DNA of 64,000 nt from Bacillota bacterium (GCA_023410875.1 JAEYPH010000039.1:9919-73918), one strand, 5' to 3'. Positions 10,226 to 20,345 are shown, counted from the first letter of the stretch. Numbers and translations: made by a program. Notes: generated by a model from the letters alone, not told the origin.

Positions 10226-10339
10226 CTATCAACGTGAGTTTACTTACCTAAAATTCTATATTATTACCACAGGATGGAACGGAAGTGCTCTCTAGGTGTC
10301 ATAAGTGATTCTACCCACTCACCCGGCGGGGCCTGGCGC

Positions 10340-11227
10340 TCAGCCTTTCACCGAACCCAGCACCAGTCCGGTCACAAAATACTTCTGTAGGAACGGGTAC
10401 ACAGCCAGAATCGGGATCATGGACACGAACACCTTGGCCGCGTTGAAGTTCTTGCTGGCCAGATCCCTCATGCGCTGCAGCTCCTCGGGGCTCATGGTGC
10501 TCGTGTTGCGGATCTCCACAACCAGCTGCTGCAGGTAGGATTGCAACGGCAGGTTCTCCGAGTGGTTCATGTATATTATACCATCAAAGAATGCGTTCCA
10601 GTGCCCCACGATGCTGAAAAGCGTGACCGTGGCGATGGAGGGCCCCGCCAGCGGTATGAAGATGCGCACCAGGATCGTCCACGGGCTGGCGCCGTCGATG
10701 CGGGCGGCTTCCTCCAGCTCGTCGGGCAGGCTCTTGAAGTAGTTCATCAGTATGATCACATTGAAGATGGGCACCGCGCCGGGCAGCACCAGCGCCCAGA
10801 TCGTGTCCAGCATCTTCAGGTTGTTGATGAGCAGATAGCTGGGGATCAGCCCGCCGCCGAACAGCATGGAGAATGCAAGGTACCACATGTACGCGTTGCG
10901 CTGGGGGAACACGCGGGTGCTCTTGGACAACGGATAGGCCATCAGAATGGTCAGCACCAGGTTGATGCCGCCACCCAGCAGCACGCGGTACACCGAGTTG
11001 GCAAAGGAGCGGAAGAACTGCTGATCCTCCAGAATCGCATGGTAGGCGGCCAGCGTGAAGTTGACCGGCCAAAAGGTGACCATACCCGCCATGGCTGCGG
11101 CCTTGTCGGAAAAGGAGATGGCGATGGTGTTCACGATGGGCAGCAGGCATACCGCCGTGAGCAAAACCAGTATGGCGATGATGACGACATGGATCGCCTT
11201 GGCCGACACGCTCTTGTTCTCGATCAT
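10340..11227 (-). CDS. Carbohydrate ABC transporter permease (LplC-like)
   Basis: The track ORF extends to 11458, but that part overlaps the upstream permease. The real start is ATG 11227 (MIENKSVSAK) after a GGAGAC RBS. EAA loop is LEEAARIDGASPWTILVRIFIP. Confidence 0.9.
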   Translation of the reverse strand: MIENKSVSAKAIHVVIIAILVLLTAVCLLPIVNTIAISFSDKAAAMAGMVTFWPVNFTLAAYHAILEDQQFFRSFANSVYRVLLGGGINLVLTILMAYPLSKSTRVFPQRNAYMWYLAFSMLFGGGLIPSYLLINNLKMLDTIWALVLPGAVPIFNVIILMNYFKSLPDELEEAARIDGASPWTILVRIFIPLAGPSIATVTLFSIVGHWNAFFDGIIYMNHSENLPLQSYLQQLVVEIRNTSTMSPEELQRMRDLASKNFNAAKVFVSMIPILAVYPFLQKYFVTGLVLGSVKG

Positions 11228-11237
11228 TTCGGTCTCC

Positions 11238-12176
11238 TTAAAAAATTCGGTATCCGGCAAAGCGGTTCGCCAGATAGTAGGACAGTACGATGAGCACGAT
11301 GCTGACCAGCGACTTGAGCAGGCCCACCGCCGTGCCCAGGCTGAACTGCATCTCCACCAGACCCATGCGGTACACATAGGTGTCGATGATGTCTCCGGTG
11401 CGGTAGACCAGCGGGTTGTACATGTTGAACACCTGGTCGAACCCGGCGTTGAGCACATGGCCCAGGCTCAGCGTGGTCATCAGCACAATCGTGGGCACAA
11501 GGCTTGGGAAAGTCACGTGCAGCAGCTGCTTCCAGCGCCCGGCGCCGTCGATGGACGCGGCCTCATAGAGGTTTGGGTCGATGGCGGTCAGCGCCGCCAG
11601 ATAGATGATGGCGCCATATCCGAATTCCTTCCAGAGCTCCGTGCCGATCAGAATGGGGCGGAACCACTTGTTGCTGGCCATGAACATGATCTTCTCCATG
11701 CCGAAACGCTCCAGCATGGTGTTGATGATGCCGTCCAGCGAGAACATGGAGACGAACATACCGCCCAGTATGACCCAGGACAAAAAGTGCGGCATATAGA
11801 CAACCGTTTGCACAATCCGCTTGAAGTGCTTGTTGACTGCTTCGTTGAGCAGCAGCGCGAAGATCACCGGGATGACGATGCCCAGCAGGATCTTGCTCAC
11901 GGCGATGATGACGGTGTTGGATAGCACCTGCATGCTGTCGGGGATCAGAAACATGTAGGCGAAGTTGGCCAGACCCACCCATTTGGAGCCCAGCATGCCC
12001 TTGGCGGGCACGTAGTTCTGGAATGCGATGACCAGGCCGAACAGCGGGATCGTCGCAAAGATGAACAGCAGCACCACGCCCGGCAGCATCATGATGTTGT
12101 AACTGAGAATATCGAGATTTTTACGCGAGGCGGGGCTTTTTTTCAGGGAGGGCTCTAGCTTGCTCTTGGCTAACAT
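11238..12176 (-). CDS. Carbohydrate ABC transporter permease (LplB-like)
   Basis: 312-aa multi-TM ORF with EAA loop YEAASIDGAGRWKQLLHVTFP. It ends in AGYRIF, the same C-terminus as the paralog at 41725..42633. Confidence 0.9.
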   Translation of the reverse strand: MLAKSKLEPSLKKSPASRKNLDILSYNIMMLPGVVLLFIFATIPLFGLVIAFQNYVPAKGMLGSKWVGLANFAYMFLIPDSMQVLSNTVIIAVSKILLGIVIPVIFALLLNEAVNKHFKRIVQTVVYMPHFLSWVILGGMFVSMFSLDGIINTMLERFGMEKIMFMASNKWFRPILIGTELWKEFGYGAIIYLAALTAIDPNLYEAASIDGAGRWKQLLHVTFPSLVPTIVLMTTLSLGHVLNAGFDQVFNMYNPLVYRTGDIIDTYVYRMGLVEMQFSLGTAVGLLKSLVSIVLIVLSYYLANRFAGYRIF

Positions 12177-12207
12177 GGGAAGTCCTTTCGGCAGCTTGGG
12201 TTGGAAA

Positions 12208-12241
12208 CATCAGATCTGCCGCCGAAGCGGCAGATCTGATG
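12208..12241 (-). terminator. Perfect 15-bp-stem hairpin between the SBP and permease genes (attenuator or mRNA stabiliser)
   Basis: The sequence is catcagatctgccgc-cgaa-gcggcagatctgatg. On the minus strand it is followed by TTTCC. Confidence 0.5.
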
Positions 12242-12264
12242 CATGCGTGAACAGAAAGTGTGAA

Positions 12265-13971
12265 TTACTTGCCAGCCGTAATTTCGTCCAGGATCTCCTG
12301 GCCGCCGGCGGCGTTCCACTGGGTCACGAAGGTGTCAAAGGCATCGATGGGCTTTTCCCCCATGATGATCTGCAGGATGGTCTCGGTCTCCATCTTCTTG
12401 AGGTTGGACCACTTGGTCTCCATGGCGGGCGTGGTGCCGAAGAATGCCGTGGTCACGAACTCCACATTGCTGTCACCGGCGGCCTTGGGGCCCATGGTGC
12501 GGGCGATATCCAGCATAAAGTTGTTGATGTCCTTCTTGGGATCCTTGCGGTTGGCCATGATCTGCGGAACTTCGCCGGCGAACATCTGGTACTTGAGCAC
12601 GCTGGTGTCGCCGGCGGCGGCGATGGCGTTCTCGATGTCGGCGACGCCGCGCACGACGATGTCAGGATAGTTGATTTCGATGGCGATGGGCATGTAGCCC
12701 CAGCCCAGACCGGCGTGGTTCTTCTGCCAGTCGGCATAGGCGGCTGCGCCGTCGCCGTTGCCGCGCAGCACGTCATAGCTGCCATTGAGGGCCTTGACGA
12801 TGGCTTCGGGGTGCTCATAGCCCTTGCGGACGATCAGGATGGCCTGCAGAGGGTCGTTGGTGGGCGTGGTCAGCTTGCCCTGGGCGTTCACGGGGGAGGA
12901 CAGCGCAATCCATTCGGCCTCGGGGTGGTTCGTGATCGAGTTGACCACGCCGCCGGCCGGCCACCACACGCTAAAGAACATGCCCAGCTTGCCTGCGGCC
13001 AGCAGAGCGTCGCGATCCTCGCCCTTGCGGATGGCGAATTCCTTATCCAGAATGCCCTGGCTGTAGGCGTCGCGCAGCTTGGTCAGCGCGTCCTTCATCT
13101 GGGGCTGCACCGAGCCATATGCGACCTTGCCGTCCACGGTGATCCAGGATCCGGGATAAGCGCCGAAGGCGTTGAACATCGTGTCCAGACCGCCCCAGGA
13201 GTTGTAGCCCAGGTAAACGGTGTCGGGGCCGGTCAGGCCCACGGTGGCACCCTTGCCGTTTTGGCCGGGGTCCTGCTCCATGAAGGCCTTGGCGACGTTC
13301 AGGATGTCGTCCACGGTCTTGGGCTCCTGCAGGCCCAGCTTGTCCAGCCAGTCCTTGCGGATCCACAGCACGTTGTGGCAGTGGGTCAGGCTGGGGGAGG
13401 GAATGCCCATCAGCATGCCGTCCACGGTCACTTCCTTGAACAGCGCCTCGCCGTTCACGTCCAGCTGTTCCTTGAGGAACGGGGAGATGCACTTGTCATA
13501 GGCTTCGGTCATGTCTGCCACGAGGTTGTTATCCAGCAACTGCTTGAACACCTTGCGGTTGACGACCATGATGTCGGGGATCTCACCGGCGGCGATGGAC
13601 AGGGAGACCTTCTGGTCATAGTTGGCGGAGTCCACTTCCCAGGCCACCTTGGTCTCGATGTTGAACTTTTCCTTGACGTAGTCCACAAAGGGGTTCTTTT
13701 CGTAGGTGATGTCGTTTTCACTGGTCACCTTGCTGACACCTTTGGTGAAGGTCACGGTTTCCGCATAAGGTGTGTAGGGATCCCACACCGCGTCGGCGGC
13801 AGCGGTCTGGGAAGGCGGCGCCACGCTCTCCTGCGGCGCGCTGGCTTCCGTGCTCGGGCTCGGGGTCGCTTGGGCAGAGGCCGGTGCGGATGCGGCGGGT
13901 GTGCCGGCGCAACCCGTCAGGGCTGCGATAGTCATCACCGCGATCAACAGGGCCAACCACTTGCTTTTCAT
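12265..13971 (-). CDS. Extracellular solute-binding lipoprotein (large LplA-like type)
   Basis: The track ORF runs to 14061. I prefer ATG 13971 (MKSKWLALLIAVMTIAALTGCAG, lipobox) after GGAGGATCTGTA. Confidence 0.85.
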   Translation of the reverse strand: MKSKWLALLIAVMTIAALTGCAGTPAASAPASAQATPSPSTEASAPQESVAPPSQTAAADAVWDPYTPYAETVTFTKGVSKVTSENDITYEKNPFVDYVKEKFNIETKVAWEVDSANYDQKVSLSIAAGEIPDIMVVNRKVFKQLLDNNLVADMTEAYDKCISPFLKEQLDVNGEALFKEVTVDGMLMGIPSPSLTHCHNVLWIRKDWLDKLGLQEPKTVDDILNVAKAFMEQDPGQNGKGATVGLTGPDTVYLGYNSWGGLDTMFNAFGAYPGSWITVDGKVAYGSVQPQMKDALTKLRDAYSQGILDKEFAIRKGEDRDALLAAGKLGMFFSVWWPAGGVVNSITNHPEAEWIALSSPVNAQGKLTTPTNDPLQAILIVRKGYEHPEAIVKALNGSYDVLRGNGDGAAAYADWQKNHAGLGWGYMPIAIEINYPDIVVRGVADIENAIAAAGDTSVLKYQMFAGEVPQIMANRKDPKKDINNFMLDIARTMGPKAAGDSNVEFVTTAFFGTTPAMETKWSNLKKMETETILQIIMGEKPIDAFDTFVTQWNAAGGQEILDEITAGK

Positions 13972-14117
13972 TACAGATCCTCCTTTTTTACCTTGCCTTT
14001 GCCATTTAAGCAAATTGCATAGTAAAAGCATATAATCTTGGGCTAATTGTGGAAATAACAAAAAACTCAGAATCGTGACAGTTATTTCATCACTCTAAAT
14101 CCATGCATTCCGTGCCG

Positions 14118-16049
14118 TCACACGGGCCGTATCACGAAGCGGAAGCGGGCGTCCTGATCATACCACAGCGGGAAGTTCGTGTTCCAAAAGTTGTTATACA
14201 GATTGAAGTTCACGCCGTTGGAAGCGTCGCCGTCGCCATCTCCAAAGGCCCACAGCGCCGGCTCGCCGATGTTCACCAGCGCCGTGTCCAGCGTCTCCAG
14301 CGTCATCTCATCATAGCGCAGGCCGAAGTCAGTCGCGTGCATCTTGAGGTTGCCGTGCCGGACCACCTGCTTGGGGTCGATCCACTCGCCCAGCTTGCTG
14401 ACGCGGCAACCGGCAGCCGGGGGGTTCATGCCCAGCCATAGCGCCTCGGACACGCGGCTGGCGGGCTTGCCCCACCACGCGAAATCCAGCAGCACGGCGT
14501 CGCCCTGGGGCCGCACCCGCAGCATCAGGCGCTGGGGGCAGCCATACAGCCGCGTGGCGTCGGCGTGCACCTCCAGCATGGCGATGGTCTCCTGCTCGTT
14601 GACGAATACGCCCTTAAGCGTGGCGGCACAGCTTTGATAGCGGTCGATGGCTTTCTCCGACCCCAGCTTGTTGAAATCGTCAAAGGCCAATTCCCGCAGC
14701 TCGGGGTAATGGCGTACGTCCATGTAGCGCCGGCAGAACTCGTCGGTCTGCTCGCGGGAATAGGCCTCATAGCGGAACACGCCCAGGCGATGGCCGGCGT
14801 CGGCGGCGTGGAGGGCGCCCCGGGAGAGCGTGGAGAGTGCGCCGTCGCCGTCAAAACCGACGCTCCAGCCGCCGATGTTCAGCACGGCCTGTGGGTCCTG
14901 CACGCGGCGATAGGCGCTGGTGTCCGGCACGGGCACGCTGCATTCGCCGATGGCGCGCTGCGCCTGGTCTCGCGGTTCGCCGTGCAGTGCGTCCACCGCC
15001 TGGGCGATGTAGCCGCGTTGCTCCCGCCAGGAGTCCTCCAGGCGCTGATAGCCCGGTGTGGGGCGCACCTTCTCGAATTCCGTGCGCACATAATGCTCGT
15101 GATCGCCCAACTGGGCCTTGAAATCCAGCCCCCAGGTGTGTTCTGCGATGCTGAGGAGAGGCAGATCCACCGCTTCTCTTTGGGATGCTTCCCACTGGCG
15201 GCGCAGGCGCAGCAGCGCGCGGTATTGGCTCACTTTGCCGGGATCCGTGGCCATGCCGTGTATCCAGGAATCGCCGATTTCGTCGGTGACCACGGGCAAG
15301 CTGTCGCGGATGCGCCGGATGGCCGTCACGATGTCGTTGAGGGTGCCGGCGCGCAACGTGGCCCCCGGGTGCTCCCGGCGCATCTGCTCGTACATCTGCA
15401 GGATGGGCTGCGCCGATTGCGGGCCATTGTTGTCGCCGGTATGGGCAAAGTAGATGGCGGTATCCGTGCCGGGGATCTCGGTGTAGCGGCCGTAGCCGAA
15501 GTTGTACATGACGACGATCTCCTCGCCGCCGGGCGCGCGCCATCGGAACAGCGGTGGGACGTCGGGGGAGACCGAAACCGGATTGACGCCGATGTGCAGA
15601 AATTCGATGCCCGCGCGGGCCAGCAGCGGCACCATGGCCCTGGTGTGGCCGGGCACATCGGTCAGCTTGGCGGCCACGGTGTGCTTGCCAAAGCGTTGGT
15701 CCAGCCTTTGGGAAATGCTCAGGCCATATTCGAAAAGCTCCCGGTCCATAAGCTCGGTGTGGGTCGTGAAGGGCAGCCCGTGCCAGGCGATGTCCCCGGC
15801 CTCGATGGCCCGCTCCATGTCCCGCCGGCCCTCGGGCCAGGCGCTGCGCAGGTATTCGTCCACGAGCCACGAGCCCGTGGTCCAGATAAAGCGGTCTTGC
15901 CCCCCGGCCTCCCGCAGTTCCCGCGCCAGCTTCATTGCCTGGGGAATATAAGTTTGAATATAACGCTCCCGCACGTTCTTCGCAAAGTCCGTATAGCCGA
16001 TGTCCAGATGGGTTTTGAACAGGAAAAGGATCTCTTTGATGGTACTCAC
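14118..16049 (-). CDS. GH38-N-terminal-like protein (DUF5054-type), function unknown
   Basis: The track ORF extends to 16493 through an AT-rich promoter. The likely start is GTG 16049 (VSTIKEILFLFKTHLDIGYTD) after AAAGGGGAA. KTHLDIGYTD and DVPGHTRAMVPLLARAGIEFLHIGVN resemble the GH38 N-domain/DUF5054 pattern as I recall it. Confidence 0.55.
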   Translation of the reverse strand: MSTIKEILFLFKTHLDIGYTDFAKNVRERYIQTYIPQAMKLARELREAGGQDRFIWTTGSWLVDEYLRSAWPEGRRDMERAIEAGDIAWHGLPFTTHTELMDRELFEYGLSISQRLDQRFGKHTVAAKLTDVPGHTRAMVPLLARAGIEFLHIGVNPVSVSPDVPPLFRWRAPGGEEIVVMYNFGYGRYTEIPGTDTAIYFAHTGDNNGPQSAQPILQMYEQMRREHPGATLRAGTLNDIVTAIRRIRDSLPVVTDEIGDSWIHGMATDPGKVSQYRALLRLRRQWEASQREAVDLPLLSIAEHTWGLDFKAQLGDHEHYVRTEFEKVRPTPGYQRLEDSWREQRGYIAQAVDALHGEPRDQAQRAIGECSVPVPDTSAYRRVQDPQAVLNIGGWSVGFDGDGALSTLSRGALHAADAGHRLGVFRYEAYSREQTDEFCRRYMDVRHYPELRELAFDDFNKLGSEKAIDRYQSCAATLKGVFVNEQETIAMLEVHADATRLYGCPQRLMLRVRPQGDAVLLDFAWWGKPASRVSEALWLGMNPPAAGCRVSKLGEWIDPKQVVRHGNLKMHATDFGLRYDEMTLETLDTALVNIGEPALWAFGDGDGDASNGVNFNLYNNFWNTNFPLWYDQDARFRFVIRPV

Positions 16050-16262
16050 GTTGTTCCCCTTTCGGTATATAATGGAGGGCGAATCCCAAGCGGTACCATT
16101 ATAATCAGGCGCGGGGCTTGCCCATATCATAAAAAATTCAGAAATATATAACATAAACATGAAATATATCAAATACCCGGCACGTGAAAAACTGTATATA
16201 ATAACCGAATGAACCCGCTGGGGCAGCGGCAAAGTGCCCGTGTGATCGCAAAGAGGTGGAGG

Positions 16263-17042
16263 ATGGTTCAGGTTGTCATCGTGGACGACGAGGAAATAGA
16301 GCGCAACGGGCTGGAATTCCTGCTGCAGCGCTGCGAGCACCCGATGCAGATCCATAAGATGTGCAACGGCAGCGAGGCGCTGGAATTTCTGCGGCGGCGG
16401 CAAGCAGATCTCGTCATCACCGATATCAAGATGCCCTTTATGGATGGTCTGGCGCTGTGCCGCGAGGCGAGAGCCCTCTATCCGGACATCCATCTGTTGA
16501 TTTCATCCGGCTACGGCGAGTTTGAGTTCGCTCAGCAGGCCATACAGGTCAAGGTGGACGATTACATCCTTAAGCCCGTGATCGTGGAACACTTCTATCG
16601 CACCGTCGAGGGCATCTTGCGTTCGCTGCAAGAGGACCGCACCAAACAGCGCAGGCGCACCCCCCGCCTGCAGGAGGCCGCACTGCCCGAGGACGAGCAG
16701 GACACCGCCCGCAAGAAGGCCATCCAACTGGCCATGCAGCTGATCCACGAAAACCATCACCGTGACATAAGCCTCGAGTGGATCGCCCAGCAGATTTATC
16801 TGTCTCCCGGTTATTTAAGCGGCTTGTTCCACAAGGAGACCGGCTACAGCGTGATACAGTACATCACGCTGTGCCGCATGGAGAAGGCCAGAGAGTATCT
16901 GACGCAGACCAACATGAAGATCGTGGACATCGCCCGGCGCGTGGGCTACAGCAACTCTTCCTACTTCTGCCTGCAGTTCCGCAAGTATTACGGGGTGACC
17001 GCCGTGCAGATGCGCGAAGGAAAGGACGCCGACGCCGGATGA
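16263..17042 (+). CDS. Response regulator, CheY receiver + AraC-type HTH (YesN-like)
   Basis: Starts at ATG 16263 (MVQVVIVDDEEIER) after GAGGTGGAGG. The phospho-acceptor context is DLVITDIKMPFMDG. The C-terminal AraC HTH is ISLEWIAQQIYLSPGYLSGLFHKETG. Confidence 0.9.
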   Translation: MVQVVIVDDEEIERNGLEFLLQRCEHPMQIHKMCNGSEALEFLRRRQADLVITDIKMPFMDGLALCREARALYPDIHLLISSGYGEFEFAQQAIQVKVDDYILKPVIVEHFYRTVEGILRSLQEDRTKQRRRTPRLQEAALPEDEQDTARKKAIQLAMQLIHENHHRDISLEWIAQQIYLSPGYLSGLFHKETGYSVIQYITLCRMEKAREYLTQTNMKIVDIARRVGYSNSSYFCLQFRKYYGVTAVQMREGKDADAG

Positions 17043-18742
17043 AAGGGTGGGTGCGCTTCTTCCACAATCTGCGCTTCAAGCAGAAGCTGCTGCTGTCCTA
17101 TTCCATCGTCGCGCTGATCCCGCTGATCACATGGAGCCTGTATTCCTACCAGCAGACCAACGCGTCGCTGCGGGAGCAGACCGGCATACGGTTTCAGGAG
17201 ATCCTCGGCAACGCCAGGGACAACCTGCAGAGCAGGGTGCGCAAGGTCGAGAACGCCTTCGCGCTGATCGCCCGGGACCCTTCCATCGGCCAGATCATCA
17301 ACAACCAATATCAGAGCAGCTATCGCAAGTATTACGACGTCACCCAGAAGTTCGACCCCATGGCCAACACGCTGCTGGGCTTGAACCCCGAGGTGGAATC
17401 CATCGACATCTACACGACCGGCAGCATCAAGACAGCGCGGTTGAACTTTCTGGACCTGGAGGAGGCGCTGCGAACCAAGGAGCGCCTGGCCCAGCTCAAC
17501 AGCACCGACATGACGTGGTTTCTGGACGGCGGCACGCTGACCGTGGCGCAGAAGGTGTTCAGCATCGACGACCCCCGCAAATATGCGATCCTCGCGCTGA
17601 AGGTAAAGTACGACGCCTTTTTCTCGGATGCCGTTCCGGACAATCTGGACAACTACGGCATCCTCATCGAGGACGCTTCCGGCCAGACCCTCTTCCGTGA
17701 GGACGGCATGCACAACCAGCCCGATCTGGCCCAAATGAGCCTGGAGGAGATACGCGCCCTGTGCCGGAACACCGAGGACATGCTGCTGGAGAGCCAGAGC
17801 ATCGCTCCGCCGGGCTGGACGATACATATGTACATGGATATCAACGCGATTCTAGTGTCGCCCCAGTCCGCCTTTTATTCCACGGCGATCATCATAGGGG
17901 TGTCGCTGCTGCTGATCCTGGTCGTCATCGTGCTGTTCTCCAAGACCTTCATCAAGCGCATCAACGCGCTCAACGCGTCGCTGGCCGGCGTGGTGAGCAG
18001 CCGGTTCACCGTGGACATCTCCTCGGATTACCGCGATGAGATTGGGGAGATCACCAACAGCGTGGGGGCCATGGTCCAGGAGACCCGCGAGCTGATCCAC
18101 GAGGTGTATGAAAGCCGCCTGCTGCTGCGCGAGGCAGAGATCAAGGCGCTGCAGTCCCAGATCAACCCGCATTTCCTGTACAACACGCTGTCGGCCATCA
18201 ACTGGCAGGCCATCAAGAGCGGGGACATGGGCATCTCCAACATCATCACGACGCTGTCCACGTTCTACCGCACGATCCTCAACAAGAACAACAACGTGAC
18301 GACGGTGCGCGCGGAGTTGGAGAACACGACCGCCTATCTGACGATCCAGCGCAACATCCACAGCAATTCCTTCGACTACTCCTTCGATGTGGATGAAGCC
18401 GTGCTGGATTACAACATGCCCAACATCATCCTGCAGCCGATCGTGGAGAACGCCATCGAGCACGGCATCGACTGCAAGAACGACGGCGAGCGCGGCGCGA
18501 TCACGATCCGCGTGCGCGCCAGCGGCAACGACATCGTGTTCGAAGTGATCGACAACGGCATGGGCATGAGCGAGGAGACCATCCGCGACGTGCTGGTGAA
18601 CAGCAAAAAGGGATATGGCGTCAAGAACGTCAACGACCGCCTGCAGCTGTTTTTCGATAAGGATTATGGTTTGACGCTGCAGCGGGTGCAGCCCCATGGC
18701 ACGCGGGCGACGATCCGCATCCCCAAATACATCCATGTATAA
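17039..18742 (+). CDS. Sensor histidine kinase, YesM-like (2 TM, HAMP, His_kinase, HATPase)
   Basis: ATG 17039 overlaps the regulator stop (ATGA). The N-terminus is MKGWVRFFHNLRFKQKLLLSYSIVALIPL. The H-box is QINPHFLYNTL and the ATPase motifs are VENAIEHG and DNGMGM. Confidence 0.9.
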   Translation: MKGWVRFFHNLRFKQKLLLSYSIVALIPLITWSLYSYQQTNASLREQTGIRFQEILGNARDNLQSRVRKVENAFALIARDPSIGQIINNQYQSSYRKYYDVTQKFDPMANTLLGLNPEVESIDIYTTGSIKTARLNFLDLEEALRTKERLAQLNSTDMTWFLDGGTLTVAQKVFSIDDPRKYAILALKVKYDAFFSDAVPDNLDNYGILIEDASGQTLFREDGMHNQPDLAQMSLEEIRALCRNTEDMLLESQSIAPPGWTIHMYMDINAILVSPQSAFYSTAIIIGVSLLLILVVIVLFSKTFIKRINALNASLAGVVSSRFTVDISSDYRDEIGEITNSVGAMVQETRELIHEVYESRLLLREAEIKALQSQINPHFLYNTLSAINWQAIKSGDMGISNIITTLSTFYRTILNKNNNVTTVRAELENTTAYLTIQRNIHSNSFDYSFDVDEAVLDYNMPNIILQPIVENAIEHGIDCKNDGERGAITIRVRASGNDIVFEVIDNGMGMSEETIRDVLVNSKKGYGVKNVNDRLQLFFDKDYGLTLQRVQPHGTRATIRIPKYIHV

Positions 18743-18833
18743 TGCAAAACATCACATGTTTCTGAGATTTTTATAATTGCCCCGCGCGGCGGTCTGGCCC
18801 AGAATGGTACCATCCACAACTGTGAGGTTTCCG

Positions 18834-19955
18834 ATGGACAAACTGCTGTATGGCAACGCTCTGGATACGCTGTTTCTGATGAAGGACTGCAAGAGCCGCC
18901 GGGTTTCCAGCTACGACCGCACCGGCGGCAACAAGGACTGGATCACCATAGAACCGGGAGAGGCCGCCTCCTTCGCCCAAATCGAGGGCTGTGCAGTCGT
19001 GCGTCACATCTGGTGCACCGTGGGCAGCGAGGACCCGCTGTACAAGCGCAAGGCCGTGCTGCGGGTGTTTTGGGACGGCGAACCCAAACCGAGCATTGAG
19101 GCGCCCATAGGCGATTTCTTCGGCATGGGCCACGGCGTCACGAAGAACTTCGTGTCCGAGCCGATGTGCATGAGCCCTCAGGGCGGCGGTGGCTTCACGT
19201 GCTATTTCCCGATGCCCTTTCGAAAGGCAGCGCGCTTTGAACTACTCAACGAATGTGCCTGCCCCATCAATTTTTACTTCTATGTGGACTATGAGACATA
19301 TGATTCGCTGGGCGATGACGTGGCGTACTTCCACAGCCAGTGGCGACGGGAGCAGGACACCCAGGGCTGGGCGGACCCGAACCGCAGCATCCTGCAGGAC
19401 AGGGCTGATGAGCCCGGCTATCCCGGCTGGTTCCCGAAGCTGTGGCTCACGCCCAACCGGGACGGCCAGGGCAACTATGTTATTCTGGAGGCCCAGGGCA
19501 GGGGCCACTATGTGGGCTGCAATCTGAACATCGACTGTGTGAGCCGGCAGGCCCATGACTGGTACGGCGAAGGCGATGACATGATCTTCATCGACGGCGA
19601 CTCGCTGCCCACGCTCCACGGCACGGGCACCGAGGATTACTTCAACACCGCATTCGGCCCAAGCGACGAATACTGCGCACCGTGGCACGGCATCACGCTG
19701 AACAGCGGCACCAAGGACTGGCACTGGAAGGGTAAGAACGCCATGTACCGCTTTCACATCCCCGATCCCATCCGCTTTGAGCGCTCCATCCGCGTGACCA
19801 TCGAGCACGGCCACGCCAATAAGCTGTCCAACGACTATTCCAGCACGGCCTATTGGTACCAGACCGAGCCCCATCTGCCCTTCTCGGCGCTGCCCGCCGT
19901 GGAGCAGCGCCTGCCGCAGCGCAGTGATGTGATCAACGTACAGCCAACAACCTGA
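18834..19955 (+). CDS. DUF2961 family protein (family I recall as GH172)
   Basis: Starts at ATG 18834 (MDKLLYGNALD) after GAGG. The hallmark is SSYDRTGGNKDWITIEPGEAASFAQIEGCAVVRHIWCTV, and WYGEGDDMIFIDGD..LHGTGTEDYF is also present. Confidence 0.75.
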   Translation: MDKLLYGNALDTLFLMKDCKSRRVSSYDRTGGNKDWITIEPGEAASFAQIEGCAVVRHIWCTVGSEDPLYKRKAVLRVFWDGEPKPSIEAPIGDFFGMGHGVTKNFVSEPMCMSPQGGGGFTCYFPMPFRKAARFELLNECACPINFYFYVDYETYDSLGDDVAYFHSQWRREQDTQGWADPNRSILQDRADEPGYPGWFPKLWLTPNRDGQGNYVILEAQGRGHYVGCNLNIDCVSRQAHDWYGEGDDMIFIDGDSLPTLHGTGTEDYFNTAFGPSDEYCAPWHGITLNSGTKDWHWKGKNAMYRFHIPDPIRFERSIRVTIEHGHANKLSNDYSSTAYWYQTEPHLPFSALPAVEQRLPQRSDVINVQPTT

Positions 19956-20106
19956 TGCTGAGGTAGTAAGGATAATTGGCAAAGGGAATAAAGAGAGAAA
20001 AATATTCCTTACGCCGACCTCCCAAGAGGCTCTTTCACGATGGTCCAATAAGAAGCAAGTTAACTGTGGACTCACCAGCGCTTTGCAACCCTATCAAAGT
20101 CAGGTG

Positions 20107-20345
20107 GTGTTAATAACATGCAACTCAGATTTCCATTCCAGTTGGCCACTGCGCTGATAACACGCAATTGAGGCCCCCGCCTCTACGGCAGGAGCCTCAA
20201 ACTAATACGATGCTGGCTCGCTCTCAGCGGGCATGTTATGCCAATAACACGCAACTCAATCCCCTATACTTAGAACTAGGGTTCATAGCATTACGAAGAT
20301 GTATTCACCCTCACCGGCTGGCAGAGATACCAATAATGCTGTTAT
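20107..20345 (+). repeat. Array 2 of the about 45-bp repeat family
   Basis: Unit heads lie at about 20109, 20153, 20199, 20240, 20287 and 20331 (period 42-46). The first unit is GTGTTAATAACAT and the fourth is gccAATAACACGCAACTCAAT. Orientation is the same as array 1. Confidence 0.65.

Noticed and set aside
12160-14022. Very long antisense ORFs opposite real genes. Examples: 12160..14022 (+), 14565..16151 (+), 24541..26238 (-), 33107..34276 (-), 35430..36518 (-), 39664..41439 (-), 43581..45143 (-), 52718..54229 (-), 55463..56575 (-), 56585..57592 (-), 59564..61051 (-), 62078..63238 (-).
   Set aside because: - Their translations are low-complexity and rich in Gly, Ala, Val, His, Arg and Asp.
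- They carry no recognisable motifs.
- Each lies opposite an ORF with clear family signatures.
- This is the typical stop-codon-poor shadow frame of high-GC DNA.
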